NCBI GenBank assembly: GCA_000166095.1 | Contig: CP002278.1 | Location: 270,001 to 302,000, forward strand | Length of the DNA: 32,000 bases | Origin: Methanothermus fervidus DSM 2088 | GTDB taxonomy: Archaea > Methanobacteriota > Methanobacteria > DSM-2088 > Methanothermaceae | Direction of reading: 5' to 3' | In this document: positions 1 through 9,128 of the stretch, piece after piece | Layout of the letters: every line of letters begins with the position of its first letter | Numbering within the stretch: position 1 is the stretch's first letter | Position numbers and translations under genes: made by a program | Notes under the pieces: generated by a model | The model's input: the letters and a program-made list of their open reading frames with translations, nothing else | The model's database searches: none | Told to the model about the DNA's origin: nothing

Positions 1-1887
1 GCCTTCTTCAAATGAATATTCGGGCTTCCATCCTAATTCATTTTTAATTTTGCTAGAATCTAATGCATATCTATAATCATGGGCTGGCCTATCTTTAACA
101 AACTTTATTAGTGATTGTGGTTTATTTAATTTTTTTAATATTAATTTTACTACCTCTATATTCCTCTTTTCATTGTTAGCACTCACGTTGTAAATTTCAC
201 CATTTTTACCTTTATGTAAAATTAGATCAATAGCTTTACATGTATCTTTAACATATAACCAATCTCTGATATTTGATCCATCACCATAGATAGGTAATGG
301 TTTATTTTCAAGGGCATTGGTAATCATTAACGGTATAAATTTTTCTGGGAACTGATAAGGACCATAATTGTTTGAAGGTCTAACAATGTTAACAGGTAAA
401 CCATAAGTTTTGTGATAAGATCTAACAAGTAAGTCAGCTCCTGCCTTACTAGCTGCATATGGACTGTTTGGTTTTAATGGCGAATCTTCTGTGAAATATC
501 CTTCATCGCCTAGAGTTCCATATACTTCATCTGTTGAAATTTGTATAAATTTTTCAATACCATATTTGCGGGCAGATTCTAGTAGTACTTGAGTACCTAA
601 TACATTTGTTTTAACAAATCTACCTGGTTCCATTATGCTTCTGTCAACGTGTGTGTTATGAACTACTATGTTTCCTACGCCAGCAACAAAATTATGAGAT
701 CCTTCAACTTCTAAGTCATATACAAATCCTTCATATTTTTTTTCCGTAATTTTTTTACTTTTAAATTTACAATTTCCTACTTTGATATTATATGCATTCA
801 TTTTATAGTCCACATAAAACTCTTTACCTATTAATAAAAGCAATAAACAAACTTCAGCTGCTAATCTTCTTGAGCTTGTCAAAAATTCTTCTTTTCCATT
901 GTTAATTCCTTTCACTAAACTTTTCCAAAATATTTCTTGATACTCTTTTCCAATGTTAAATACAAAATTAGGAATTTTTTTACTATCACCATCATTACAA
1001 AATTTTGTACAGATTTTATAAAAATCTTTATTTTTCAACTTAAGTTGTAGAGTACCATTGTTTTCTGTTATTAAGCTGTTTCCATCAAAAATATTTTTAA
1101 AATCGTCAGATAAAATTTCTAACCAGCTTTTGTCATTGTCATTGATAATGACATAATTTTGTTTGAGATAACCACTTGAAATATAAGCAGCAAGTAATCT
1201 ACATAGAAACTTTAATTTTTTATCATTAAACATTCCTAATATTTTTGGATGTTTTATCTTTTTATCTCTGCATGAGAAATTCATGTCTCTTACATATAAT
1301 AGAGAGGGATTGGATTTCGCTGCTACAACCTTTCCATGTGTATTGTATACAGAGTGATTTGGTGTTACAAGAACTTCTCCTTGTTTTTGTTTTAATTTTA
1401 GAATCTTTCCTCTATATGGATGTCGAATAATTTTCCGAAGAGGTAGGAAAGTCCCAGAATTATTATAAAAAGATAATACCTTTATTTTTTCATTTGATGT
1501 ATCAATGATTTCATGTTTTCCATCCCAAATTACTTTGTTGCTTTCTTTCAATCTTTCGAATAATTTTTTCATGCTAAGTACTTGTATTTCACCATTCCAA
1601 TGAACAGTCACAAATTCTTCTTCAGCAACACTTTCAGCTGCAAAATTTACAATATAATCACATTCATACTTTTCAATTAATTTTTGAATTAGCTTTCCAT
1701 CAGTTATGCAACCTTTAACAAAGCTATAATTAGGAGCATCTTCAACATCTTTAAGATTTTCTAAATTACCTGAATATGTTAATTTATCTAGATTTATTAT
1801 TTTATATTGTGGATATTTATTCACCATATAACGTACAAAATTACTTCCAATAAACCCAGCTCCTCCAGTAACTAATATAACACTCAT
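1..1887 (-). CDS. rmlB: dTDP-glucose 4,6-dehydratase precursor, C-terminus truncated by window edge, interrupted by an in-frame intein
   Basis: Manual minus-strand translation. N-extein: MSVILVTGGAGFIGSNFVRYMVNKYPQYKIINLDKLTYSGNLENL...DYIVNFAAE. C-extein: THVDRSIMEPGRFVKTNVLGTQVLLESARKYGIEKFIQISTDEVYG...GPYQFPEKFIPLMI...NELGWKPEYSFEE. Rossmann GxxGxxG, AAETHVDRSI and STDEVYG motifs present. The frame is open to position 1. Confidence 0.95.
   Translation of the reverse strand, partial: MSVILVTGGAGFIGSNFVRYMVNKYPQYKIINLDKLTYSGNLENLKDVEDAPNYSFVKGCITDGKLIQKLIEKYECDYIVNFAAESVAEEEFVTVHWNGEIQVLSMKKLFERLKESNKVIWDGKHEIIDTSNEKIKVLSFYNNSGTFLPLRKIIRHPYRGKILKLKQKQGEVLVTPNHSVYNTHGKVVAAKSNPSLLYVRDMNFSCRDKKIKHPKILGMFNDKKLKFLCRLLAAYISSGYLKQNYVIINDNDKSWLEILSDDFKNIFDGNSLITENNGTLQLKLKNKDFYKICTKFCNDGDSKKIPNFVFNIGKEYQEIFWKSLVKGINNGKEEFLTSSRRLAAEVCLLLLLIGKEFYVDYKMNAYNIKVGNCKFKSKKITEKKYEGFVYDLEVEGSHNFVAGVGNIVVHNTHVDRSIMEPGRFVKTNVLGTQVLLESARKYGIEKFIQISTDEVYGTLGDEGYFTEDSPLKPNSPYAASKAGADLLVRSYHKTYGLPVNIVRPSNNYGPYQFPEKFIPLMITNALENKPLPIYGDGSNIRDWLYVKDTCKAIDLILHKGKNGEIYNVSANNEKRNIEVVKLILKKLNKPQSLIKFVKDRPAHDYRYALDSSKIKNELGWKPEYSFEEG
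655..1632 (-). other. Intein (326 aa) inserted in RmlB between NFAAE and THVDRSI
   Basis: In-frame insertion starting with Ser (SVAEEEFVTVHWNGEIQVLS). Block B is GEVLVTPNHSVYNTHGKVVAAK, block F is YEGFVYDLEVEGSHNFVAG, block G is VGNIVVHN followed by Thr. Removing it restores the canonical NFAAETHVDRSI motif. Confidence 0.95.
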
Positions 1888-1997
1888 CTACTCACCACCA
1901 AAAAATCTTTAGATTTAGAATGTATAATTTTTTTGGAAGAAATTTTATAATTAAAAATATGTTATTAAAAATTTTTTAGATTTTTTGAGGTGAGATT
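1888..1997. promoter_or_regulatory. Divergent rmlB/rmlC intergenic promoter region
   Basis: 110 bp highly AT-rich gap between divergent starts with Shine-Dalgarno-like GGTGGTGAG (rmlB) and GAGGTGA (rmlC), TATA-like TTTATAATTAAA, and a 14-bp palindrome. Confidence 0.5.
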
Positions 1998-2555
1998 ATG
2001 GGCAAGTTTAAATTTAAAAAAACTTCTATACCTGGCCTATATGTGATAAAACCTAAAGTTTTTGAAGATGAAAGAGGGTACTTTATGGAAACTTATAATG
2101 CTAAAGAATTCAAGAAAGCAAATATAAATGCAAAGTTTGTTCAAGATAATCAATCGTTTTCCAAAAAAGGCGTGTTACGTGGTCTACATTTCCAATATCG
2201 TAGACAACAAGGAAAACTCGTGAGGGTTATAAAAGGTAAGATATTTGATGTTGCAGTAGATTTAAGAAAAAATTCTGAAACATATGGAGAATGGGAATCA
2301 GTAATATTGTCAGGTAAAAATAAAAAAATGTTTTATATTCCTGAAGGTTTTGCCCATGGCTTTTTAGTACTTTCCGATACAGCAATTGTAACTTATAAGT
2401 GTACTGATTTTTATTATCCTGAATATGAGGGAGGAATAATATGGAATGACCCTGACATTGGGATTGAATGGCCAATTGATGAAGTAGATAAATTAATAAT
2501 TTCAGATAAAGATAAAAAATGGAAACCACTGAAAGAAAACCCTGTGAAGTTATAA
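1998..2555 (+). CDS. rmlC: dTDP-4-dehydrorhamnose 3,5-epimerase
   Basis: 185 aa ORF with RmlC motifs (KVFEDERGYFMETY, VRGLHFQ-like GVLRGLHFQ, VRVIKGKIFDVAVDLR, IPEGFAHGFLVLSD). GAGGTGA Shine-Dalgarno upstream. Confidence 0.95.
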   Translation: MGKFKFKKTSIPGLYVIKPKVFEDERGYFMETYNAKEFKKANINAKFVQDNQSFSKKGVLRGLHFQYRRQQGKLVRVIKGKIFDVAVDLRKNSETYGEWESVILSGKNKKMFYIPEGFAHGFLVLSDTAIVTYKCTDFYYPEYEGGIIWNDPDIGIEWPIDEVDKLIISDKDKKWKPLKENPVKL

Positions 2556-2567
2556 TGAGGTATAAAG

Positions 2568-3317
2568 ATGAAAGTTGAAAAATATTTTGAAAAAATATTG
2601 TCAAAACGTAAAATCCATTTAACATTGATAGACCCTGAGGAACAAGAACCAAAGAAAGCACTTGAAATTGCAAAATTAGCGATAAAAGGAGGCACCGATG
2701 GAATAATGGTAGGAGGTTCTACTAGTGATCAGGAAGATCTAGATACAACAGTTAAAATATTAAAAATGAATCTAAATGTTCCTATCATACTTTTTCCAGG
2801 GAACATAACCGGTATAAGTAAATATGCTGATGCAATATTTTTCATGAGTTTATTAAATTCTACTAATCCTTATTGGATAACTGGTGCACAAGCTTTAGGT
2901 GCACCAACTGTAAAAAAATATGGTATTGAGGCATTACCAGTTGCATATTTGATTATAGAACCTGGTGGAACTGTAAGTTGGGTTGGAGATGCCAAACCAA
3001 TACCTAGAAAAAAATATAAACTTGCAGCTGCATATGCGATGGCTGCCGAATTATTAGGAATGAAATATGTTTATTTAGAGGCTGGATCTGGAGCCAAACA
3101 TCATGTACCTACTAAAATGATATCTAAAGTTAGAGATAGCACAAATTTGAAAATAATTGTTGGTGGAGGTATTAAAACTCGTGAAGATGTAGAAAGAGTT
3201 ATTAAAGCTGGTGCAGACATAATAGTAACTGGCACTATTATTGAACGTGCGTCTGATATCAAGAAGAAAATTTCTGAAATTGTTGAACCTTTAAAGTCAA
3301 CAAGTAACGTGGATTAG
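2568..3317 (+). CDS. Geranylgeranylglyceryl phosphate synthase (GGGPS/PcrB family)
   Basis: 249 aa; HLTLIDPEE, GGTDGIMVGGST, ILFPGN, YLEAGSGAKHHV, IIVGGGIKTREDVERVIKAGADIIVTGT match the family. Confidence 0.93.
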   Translation: MKVEKYFEKILSKRKIHLTLIDPEEQEPKKALEIAKLAIKGGTDGIMVGGSTSDQEDLDTTVKILKMNLNVPIILFPGNITGISKYADAIFFMSLLNSTNPYWITGAQALGAPTVKKYGIEALPVAYLIIEPGGTVSWVGDAKPIPRKKYKLAAAYAMAAELLGMKYVYLEAGSGAKHHVPTKMISKVRDSTNLKIIVGGGIKTREDVERVIKAGADIIVTGTIIERASDIKKKISEIVEPLKSTSNVD

Positions 3318-3659
3318 TGCATTCACTTTTTTACCTTCTTTTTTCAATTTATTAAATTTCTTTATTGCTTCAGGAGTAGGCAATGACACAAGTTTTATCC
3401 CATTTTCTTTAACTAAATTTTTTGCTTCATCGCTTACCTTTAATGCACCAACTTCGCCACATCCTACAACAAGTACATCAGGATTTTCATTAACTAGTTT
3501 TTCAATTTCTCTATCAGAAAGTATATGTGAAGTTCCATATTTCTCCCTTGAGAGAGACTTTTCTCTCTTACTAACACTCCCATCTATATGCACTATTATA
3601 TCGTGGTTATATTCTTTATTTCCATATTCTATACTTCCAAATCTATAACGTCCAAACAT
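3297..3659 (-). CDS. Mth938-like domain protein
   Basis: Minus-strand ORF MFGRYRFGSIEYGNKEYNHDIIVHIDGSV...PDVLVVGCGEVGALKVSDEAKNLVKENGIKLVSLPTPEAIKKFN; resembles the MTH938/AAMDC family. Tail-to-tail overlap with the GGGPS gene. Confidence 0.75.
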   Translation of the reverse strand: MFGRYRFGSIEYGNKEYNHDIIVHIDGSVSKREKSLSREKYGTSHILSDREIEKLVNENPDVLVVGCGEVGALKVSDEAKNLVKENGIKLVSLPTPEAIKKFNKLKKEGKKVNALIHVTC

Positions 3660-3720
3660 ATTATCACAACTTTTTTTATTTCTAAATAAGAATTAACTTA
3701 ATTTTAGCATTAAAAATTTT

Positions 3721-4641
3721 TTACAGTAAGAACATTAAGAAAAATATCATGATAAATTTTGAAAATATACTTGCCATATAATCGATAATTCCTACCTTAA
3801 TACCAAATTTCCCAAACAACCCTATATACATAGGAAATGTATATTTTAGATATATAGATGTTATAACTGCCATGCTTCCCAAAAGAAGTGTTATAAGAGC
3901 TTGTTTTAAGGTTAAAGTGCCACTATAGAATAATGTGGCGACAGTTGTATATCCTGCAGAAAAATGGATGAGTTGTGCAATAATTACAATAGCTGACATT
4001 CCAGGTATGCCAAAAAATTTTAAAAATGGACTAAAAAGAATGTTTAAATATTTATATCCGCCTATTTCAAGTAAAAAATTTATAAGAAAAAATGTTACAA
4101 TTATGGTTGGTATAGTTTTTTTCAAAATCTTTATAGATCTCTTAATGGCGTTTCCTTTTGGTTTTTGGATTAATGGTATTTCTTCAATATTTATTGTTTT
4201 AGTATTCTGATATTTATGGATGTAAACAACTCCTGCAAGCAATTGTAAAAATGAGGAAAATAAATTTAAAAACAAATATATTATACCAAGCTTTAATCCT
4301 AAGATGGCTATGGTTATCAATGCCTGAGCTGTTAATAAATATTCTCCAAGTACTGTAGAAAAAGTGCTCATTACAATAGTTAAAATTACATCTATATCAT
4401 TTATTTCTTTATTTTTATAAAAATTTGCCAATGCGGATTTTCCAGCAGTTGAATTAAAAAAACATAAAACAAAAGAAAACACACAAGGATATGGAAGTCT
4501 TAAAAATTTTGTTAATGGAGTGATCAAAGAAATAATACTATTTCTTATTTTGTTATTTTCAAGAATGAAATTTGTGAATAAAACACTGATTATAACTAGT
4601 ATAAGCATCCTAAATAAAAGAGAAAAATTCATATTTTTCAC
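3721..4641 (-). CDS. Multi-pass membrane protein, probable nucleoside-recognition (Gate) domain family
   Basis: 306 aa, many hydrophobic helices, FNSTAGKSALANFY, FFGIPGMSAIVIIAQLIHFSAGYTTVATLFYSGTLT; GTG start. Confidence 0.6.
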   Translation of the reverse strand: MKNMNFSLLFRMLILVIISVLFTNFILENNKIRNSIISLITPLTKFLRLPYPCVFSFVLCFFNSTAGKSALANFYKNKEINDIDVILTIVMSTFSTVLGEYLLTAQALITIAILGLKLGIIYLFLNLFSSFLQLLAGVVYIHKYQNTKTINIEEIPLIQKPKGNAIKRSIKILKKTIPTIIVTFFLINFLLEIGGYKYLNILFSPFLKFFGIPGMSAIVIIAQLIHFSAGYTTVATLFYSGTLTLKQALITLLLGSMAVITSIYLKYTFPMYIGLFGKFGIKVGIIDYMASIFSKFIMIFFLMFLL

Positions 4642-4665
4642 CCTTTAGAAAATTTTTAAAGGAAG

Positions 4666-5517
4666 ATGGTATTCATGAAAGTTTTGGTTACAGGTTCAAC
4701 AGGAATGTTAGGTAAAGAATTAATAAATGTCCTTAAAGATGAATATGAAGTAAAAGGTGTAAGCAGTAAAGACTTTGACATAAGAAATTTAAATGAAACT
4801 ATTGAAGGTATTAAAGAATTTAATCCAGAAGTAGTTATACATACTGCAGCATTTACAGATGTTGATGGTAGTGAACATAAGAAAGACCTTGCATATAAAG
4901 TGAATTCAATAGGGACTAGAAATGTTGCTGTTGCATGTAATATAACTAATAGTTCTCTGCTGTATATTTCAACTGATTATGTCTTTGATGGTAAGAAAGG
5001 AAGTCCTTATTATGAATATGATAAACCAAACCCAATAAATGTCTATGGAAAAACAAAATACTTAGGAGAAGTATATGTAAGAGATTTGTTAAACAAATTT
5101 TATATTGTACGTACTTCTTGGTTATATGGACCTTATGGATCTAATTTTGTAGATACTATGTTACAACTTGCTGAAAATAAAGATGAAATAAAAGTGGTCG
5201 ATGATCAAGTTGGATCTCCTACCTACACCCTAGATTTATCATTAGCAATTAAAAAATTGATAAAAGAACCTAGATATGGAATATATCACCTAACCAACAG
5301 TGGACATTGTTCTTGGTATGAATTTGCTAAACAAATTTTCAAAGAAATGAATTTGGATGTCAAATTAACACCAATTAAAACTGAAGAGTCAAGGCGTCCA
5401 GCCAAACGTCCTAAATTTTCTGTTTTAAAAAATTATAATTGGGAAGTTGAGGGATTTAAAAAGTTAAGACATTACAAAGATGCCTTAAAAAATTACTTAA
5501 GGAGGATTAGAACATGA
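4666..5517 (+). CDS. rmlD: dTDP-4-dehydrorhamnose reductase
   Basis: [64 protein letters not shown]. True start may be the second ATG at 4675, better spaced from AAAGGAAG. Confidence 0.95.
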   Translation: MVFMKVLVTGSTGMLGKELINVLKDEYEVKGVSSKDFDIRNLNETIEGIKEFNPEVVIHTAAFTDVDGSEHKKDLAYKVNSIGTRNVAVACNITNSSLLYISTDYVFDGKKGSPYYEYDKPNPINVYGKTKYLGEVYVRDLLNKFYIVRTSWLYGPYGSNFVDTMLQLAENKDEIKVVDDQVGSPTYTLDLSLAIKKLIKEPRYGIYHLTNSGHCSWYEFAKQIFKEMNLDVKLTPIKTEESRRPAKRPKFSVLKNYNWEVEGFKKLRHYKDALKNYLRRIRT

Positions 5518-6407
5518 AGGGGATAGTACTCGCAGGTGGGGAAGGAACACGATTACGTCCAATAACAACGGCTGTATCAAAACAATTACTTCCAGTCTAT
5601 GATAAACCAATGGTTTATTATCCTATTTCTGTTTTGATGCTGGCAAATATAAGAGATATCCTCATTATATCCACTCCAAGAGATTTACCTCTCTATAAAG
5701 ATCTTTTAGGAGATGGAAGTGATTTTGGAGTTAGGTTTACATATAAAGAACAAAAGGAACCTAGAGGTTTAGCAGATGCATTTATAGTAGGAGAAGATTT
5801 TATTGGAAATGATAAGGTAGCATTGGTTTTAGGTGACAATATATTTTATGGTCATAGATTTAGTGAAGTACTGGAGAGAGCTACATCATTTAAAAAAGGT
5901 GCAGTAATTTTTGGATATTACGTAAAAGATCCCAGACCCTTTGGTGTTGTAGAATTTGACGAAGATGGAAATGTAATTTCCATAGAAGAAAAACCAAAGC
6001 ACCCAAAATCTAATTATGTGGTTCCAGGACTTTATTTCTATGATAATAAAGTGGTTGATATAGCTAAAAATATAGAACCTTCTGAGAGAGGTGAGCTTGA
6101 AATAACATCTGTAAATCAAGAGTATTTAAAAAGAGGTGAATTAAAAGTCGAAATTTTAGGTAGAGGAATGGCATGGATGGATGCAGGAACTCCTCAAGGA
6201 TTATTAGAAGCTAGTAATTTTGTTGAGGCAATACAAAGAAGGCAAGGTTTTTATATAGCATGCTTAGAAGAAATTGCATATAATAAAGGTTGGATAACAC
6301 GAGAACAACTTATAGAGAGAGCAAAAAAATTAAAGAATAGTGAATATGGTCAATATTTAATGGACATAGCAAAAATTGGTCCAACTGCTCCATATCTATC
6401 TAGGTAA
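5514..6407 (+). CDS. rmlA: Glucose-1-phosphate thymidylyltransferase
   Basis: [84 protein letters not shown]; overlaps the rmlD stop. Confidence 0.96.
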   Translation: MKGIVLAGGEGTRLRPITTAVSKQLLPVYDKPMVYYPISVLMLANIRDILIISTPRDLPLYKDLLGDGSDFGVRFTYKEQKEPRGLADAFIVGEDFIGNDKVALVLGDNIFYGHRFSEVLERATSFKKGAVIFGYYVKDPRPFGVVEFDEDGNVISIEEKPKHPKSNYVVPGLYFYDNKVVDIAKNIEPSERGELEITSVNQEYLKRGELKVEILGRGMAWMDAGTPQGLLEASNFVEAIQRRQGFYIACLEEIAYNKGWITREQLIERAKKLKNSEYGQYLMDIAKIGPTAPYLSR

Positions 6408-6412
6408 TTGAT

Positions 6413-6559
6413 TTATCCTCTAGGTTCTTTTGCTTTAAACCTTAAGCCCTTATAACCACATTTTCTACATTTTTTTGCTTTAGGTGCATTTCTTGCATTG
6501 CATCGAAGACATATTTTGACGTTAAAAAGTCTTTTTTCTGCCACCTCAAATCTAGCCAT
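6413..6559 (-). CDS. rpl40e: 50S ribosomal protein L40e (not in the ORF track, too short)
   Basis: Manual translation [48 protein letters not shown], 48 aa with a four-Cys zinc ribbon, immediately downstream of tsr3. Confidence 0.9.
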   Translation of the reverse strand: MARFEVAEKRLFNVKICLRCNARNAPKAKKCRKCGYKGLRFKAKEPRG

Positions 6560-7076
6560 TTTTTATGCCCTCCATCACTTCTTTTTGGATTTTTACAACT
6601 TCTTTACTTGTTTTTGCTTTTGAATATGCATCTAACAACTCTTTATTGAGTTGTAAAAAATGTGGACCCCATTTAAAGTTTGACATTATCTCTTTTGCCA
6701 TGTCTTTTAAACCTATTATATAAAGCGTTGATGCTATTGCCTCAGCTGTGGATAGGACAAATGGTCTACCATATGCAATAGGATTCGCCGCAACTAAAAA
6801 CGGCAAAGCCCTGTGATATCTCCCGACTTTAAATATTTCTGAGGACTTTCTAACATTTTTCCATGAACAGTCGATTGCTGCTAAACCATGTCTGATAATT
6901 CTCTGCTTGTCTTCTCTAGATAGTGCCTTTTTTGATAATGGATTTAATACAATTGCGCCACGAGGTATTTGATTCATAGTTTTTACAATTTTTGCAAAAC
7001 CTTTTCTACCTAGCCTCAAACTTGTACATTTTTTTCTGTTACATTCTTCTTCATGATAAATAAATATTTTTATCAT
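6552..7076 (-). CDS. tsr3: Tsr3-like rRNA aminocarboxypropyltransferase (DUF367)
   Basis: [89 protein letters not shown]. The longest ORF begins at 7118, but the conserved start is the ATG at 7076. Confidence 0.88.
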   Translation of the reverse strand: MIKIFIYHEEECNRKKCTSLRLGRKGFAKIVKTMNQIPRGAIVLNPLSKKALSREDKQRIIRHGLAAIDCSWKNVRKSSEIFKVGRYHRALPFLVAANPIAYGRPFVLSTAEAIASTLYIIGLKDMAKEIMSNFKWGPHFLQLNKELLDAYSKAKTSKEVVKIQKEVMEGIKNG

Positions 7077-7860
7077 TGTAAAATAATGAATTTCTTTCGT
7101 GTTTAATAATTGATCCAACAGTTTCTACAATATTTCTATTTCCTACCTCATAATATTTGCCACCAGAAGTTAGTGCTAATTCAAAGTTGAAGTTTCTACC
7201 CCGCATAATCCTTTTCTCAAAATTTATAATCACGGTATGTATATCACTCCTATTTAACTCTTTTGCTAATTCGAGCACGTCACGTGTAGGACTATTTTTT
7301 AAGGCAATATTAGGCATGCCATCACTTAGCAATACAAGTATTGGTACATATTCGTTTGATTTTTTCTTTTCTCTTTTTAAAATTTCTATAGCTTTTTTGA
7401 GACCATGAGCCATTGGAGTAGTTCCACCTACAGAAATATTTTCAATTTTATCTTTGAACGAAAATATCCTTCTCGTACTGGGTAGAATAACTCTAGCCTC
7501 TCTACCTTTAAACCCTATAATTGCTAACTTATCTTTATGTCTTTGAGCATCTAACATTATTCTCTTTAAAACTCCTTTAACTTTCTCAGCTTTATCTTCT
7601 GAAGACATTGATCCACTTATGTCCACAACTAAAACTATTAATGCCTTTGATCCATGTTTTCTTATTTTTTCTCTTAAATCTTCTGGTTCAACATTAATTT
7701 TACCTTCTGATTTAATCGCTGCTGCCCTAATCGTTGCATCTATTGCAATATCTTTTGGATTCTTCAATGGAATTCTACTTTTTACATATTTTCCCCTTTC
7801 TGTTTGAGATTCAACTTTGTTACCATACTTACGTCTTCTCTTATCACCTTTAAATTTCAA
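7051..7860 (-). CDS. vWA domain of ChlD/BchD-type chelatase medium subunit; probable frameshift extension of the upstream AAA+ ORF
   Basis: MIDAS motif [49 protein letters not shown] start overlapping the upstream TGA, no Shine-Dalgarno seen. Confidence 0.85.
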   Translation of the reverse strand: MKFKGDKRRRKYGNKVESQTERGKYVKSRIPLKNPKDIAIDATIRAAAIKSEGKINVEPEDLREKIRKHGSKALIVLVVDISGSMSSEDKAEKVKGVLKRIMLDAQRHKDKLAIIGFKGREARVILPSTRRIFSFKDKIENISVGGTTPMAHGLKKAIEILKREKKKSNEYVPILVLLSDGMPNIALKNSPTRDVLELAKELNRSDIHTVIINFEKRIMRGRNFNFELALTSGGKYYEVGNRNIVETVGSIIKHERNSLFYNDKNIYLS

Positions 7861-9035
7861 AATTTTTTTAAATCGATATTAACGTCTTTATCTTCAATAT
7901 TTCTCTTACCTACAGCCTGAATGTGAGATGTTGATTTACTTCCTAGAAAAAATTCACCACTTCCTTTTGTGAGTTCTTTTGCTCGTGCTTTTGCACTCGT
8001 TTCAATTTTATCTTTTTTCATCTCTTCTTTTGCTCTTTCTACTACTTTACTTATTTGATTTTTTCCAAGCTTTCTTCCTAAAATTCTTTCTTCTAAAACA
8101 AGAGAAATTGCTTCTTTTATATCATCTATATTAACTTCTTTTCTTCCATTATATGCTGCAATTGTTTTAGATGTTTTAAGTATAGCTATGTCTGCTCTGT
8201 GACCATCTACACCAGCATTTAAACATACTCTAGCTATTAATTCCATTAATTCTTGAGATATTTCAACTTTGTCTAACAACTTTCGTGCTTTAAGGATTCT
8301 TTTTCTTAATTTTTCTTGTTTGTCCTTAAATTCTTCTCTAAATCCAATAGGATCTCTTTCAAATCTTTCTCTACGTTCCATGATTTTTACTCTGTCTTTA
8401 ATGTCAGTAATACTTTTGGCAGTGATATGAAGTCCAATCCTATCAGCAAGCTGGGGTCTGAGCTCTCCTTCTGCTGGATTCATTGTTCCAACCAAAATAA
8501 ATCTTGAAGGATGAGAAATTGATATCCCTTCTCTTTCAACACGATTTATTCCATATGCAGCTGCATCTAACAGGACATCAACCAAATGATCATCTAAAAG
8601 GTTTATTTCATCAACATAAAGTATATTTCTGTTGGCTTCTGCTAATAATCCTGGTTCTAAAGCTTTAATACCTTCATTTAACGCTTTTTTTATATCAAGT
8701 GTTCCTACTACTCTATCTTCTGTAGCTCCCAGTGGGAGCTCCACAACTTTCATTTTCTTTTTCTCAACTTTTATTTTATCTCTTGATTTACAAAGAGGAC
8801 ACATGTTTGTTTTGTCATCAGGGTCACAATTGAAAGGACAGCCTTTTACAACTTTTATTGATGGCAAAAGATCTGCCAGTGCCCTAACAGCTGTAGTTTT
8901 GCCTGTACCTTTATCTCCTTTTATCAGCACTCCACCAATACTAGGATTTATAGCATTAAGTATAAGTGATTTCTTTATTTTCTCTTGGCCTACTATAGCT
9001 GTAAAAGGAAAAGTAAAATTATCCAACGGACTCAC
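7857..9035 (-). CDS. AAA+ ATPase ChlI-like (magnesium/cobalt chelatase small subunit, or N-terminal part of ChlD)
   Basis: Walker [119 protein letters not shown]. Confidence 0.92.
   Translation of the reverse strand: MSPLDNFTFPFTAIVGQEKIKKSLILNAINPSIGGVLIKGDKGTGKTTAVRALADLLPSIKVVKGCPFNCDPDDKTNMCPLCKSRDKIKVEKKKMKVVELPLGATEDRVVGTLDIKKALNEGIKALEPGLLAEANRNILYVDEINLLDDHLVDVLLDAAAYGINRVEREGISISHPSRFILVGTMNPAEGELRPQLADRIGLHITAKSITDIKDRVKIMERRERFERDPIGFREEFKDKQEKLRKRILKARKLLDKVEISQELMELIARVCLNAGVDGHRADIAILKTSKTIAAYNGRKEVNIDDIKEAISLVLEERILGRKLGKNQISKVVERAKEEMKKDKIETSAKARAKELTKGSGEFFLGSKSTSHIQAVGKRNIEDKDVNIDLKKF
7863..7869 (-). promoter_or_regulatory. Candidate -1 programmed ribosomal frameshift slippery heptamer A_AAA_AAA
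   Basis: Minus strand reads GAT TTA AAA AAA TTT TGA in the ChlI frame. The 7-A run lies in the X_XXY_YYZ register, 3 nt before the stop codon, and the vWA ORF is in the -1 frame. Confidence 0.7.
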
Positions 9036-9128
9036 CTATTAATAAAGTTTTCTATTTAAGAATTTATGTAACATAGTAGATATAATTTACTACGCTAAGA
9101 AAAATTAAACTAAAATTATGATTTTTTT

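Noticed and set aside
1245-1430. Plus-strand 61-aa ORF
   Set aside because: Antisense to the intein-containing rmlB frame, low-complexity hydrophobic translation; explained as a shadow ORF.
2227-2695. Minus-strand ORFs 2227..2673 and 2414..2695
   Set aside because: Antisense to well-supported rmlC and GGGPS coding sequence; no recognisable protein.
3935-4210. Plus-strand 91-aa ORF
   Set aside because: Antisense to the multi-pass membrane protein; typical shadow ORF.
7157-7408. Plus-strand ORFs over the chelatase locus (7157..7408, 7619..7807, 8316..8507, 8632..9042)
   Set aside because: All antisense to ChlI/vWA coding sequence with recognisable domains; 8632..9042 is long only because of codon bias.
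7051-7860. Simple interpretation of the vWA ORF as an ordinary, independently translated operon gene or a pseudogene
   Set aside because: Less favoured because of the A7 heptamer in exact -1 register, TTG start and lack of a Shine-Dalgarno; still possible and stated as the alternative to test.
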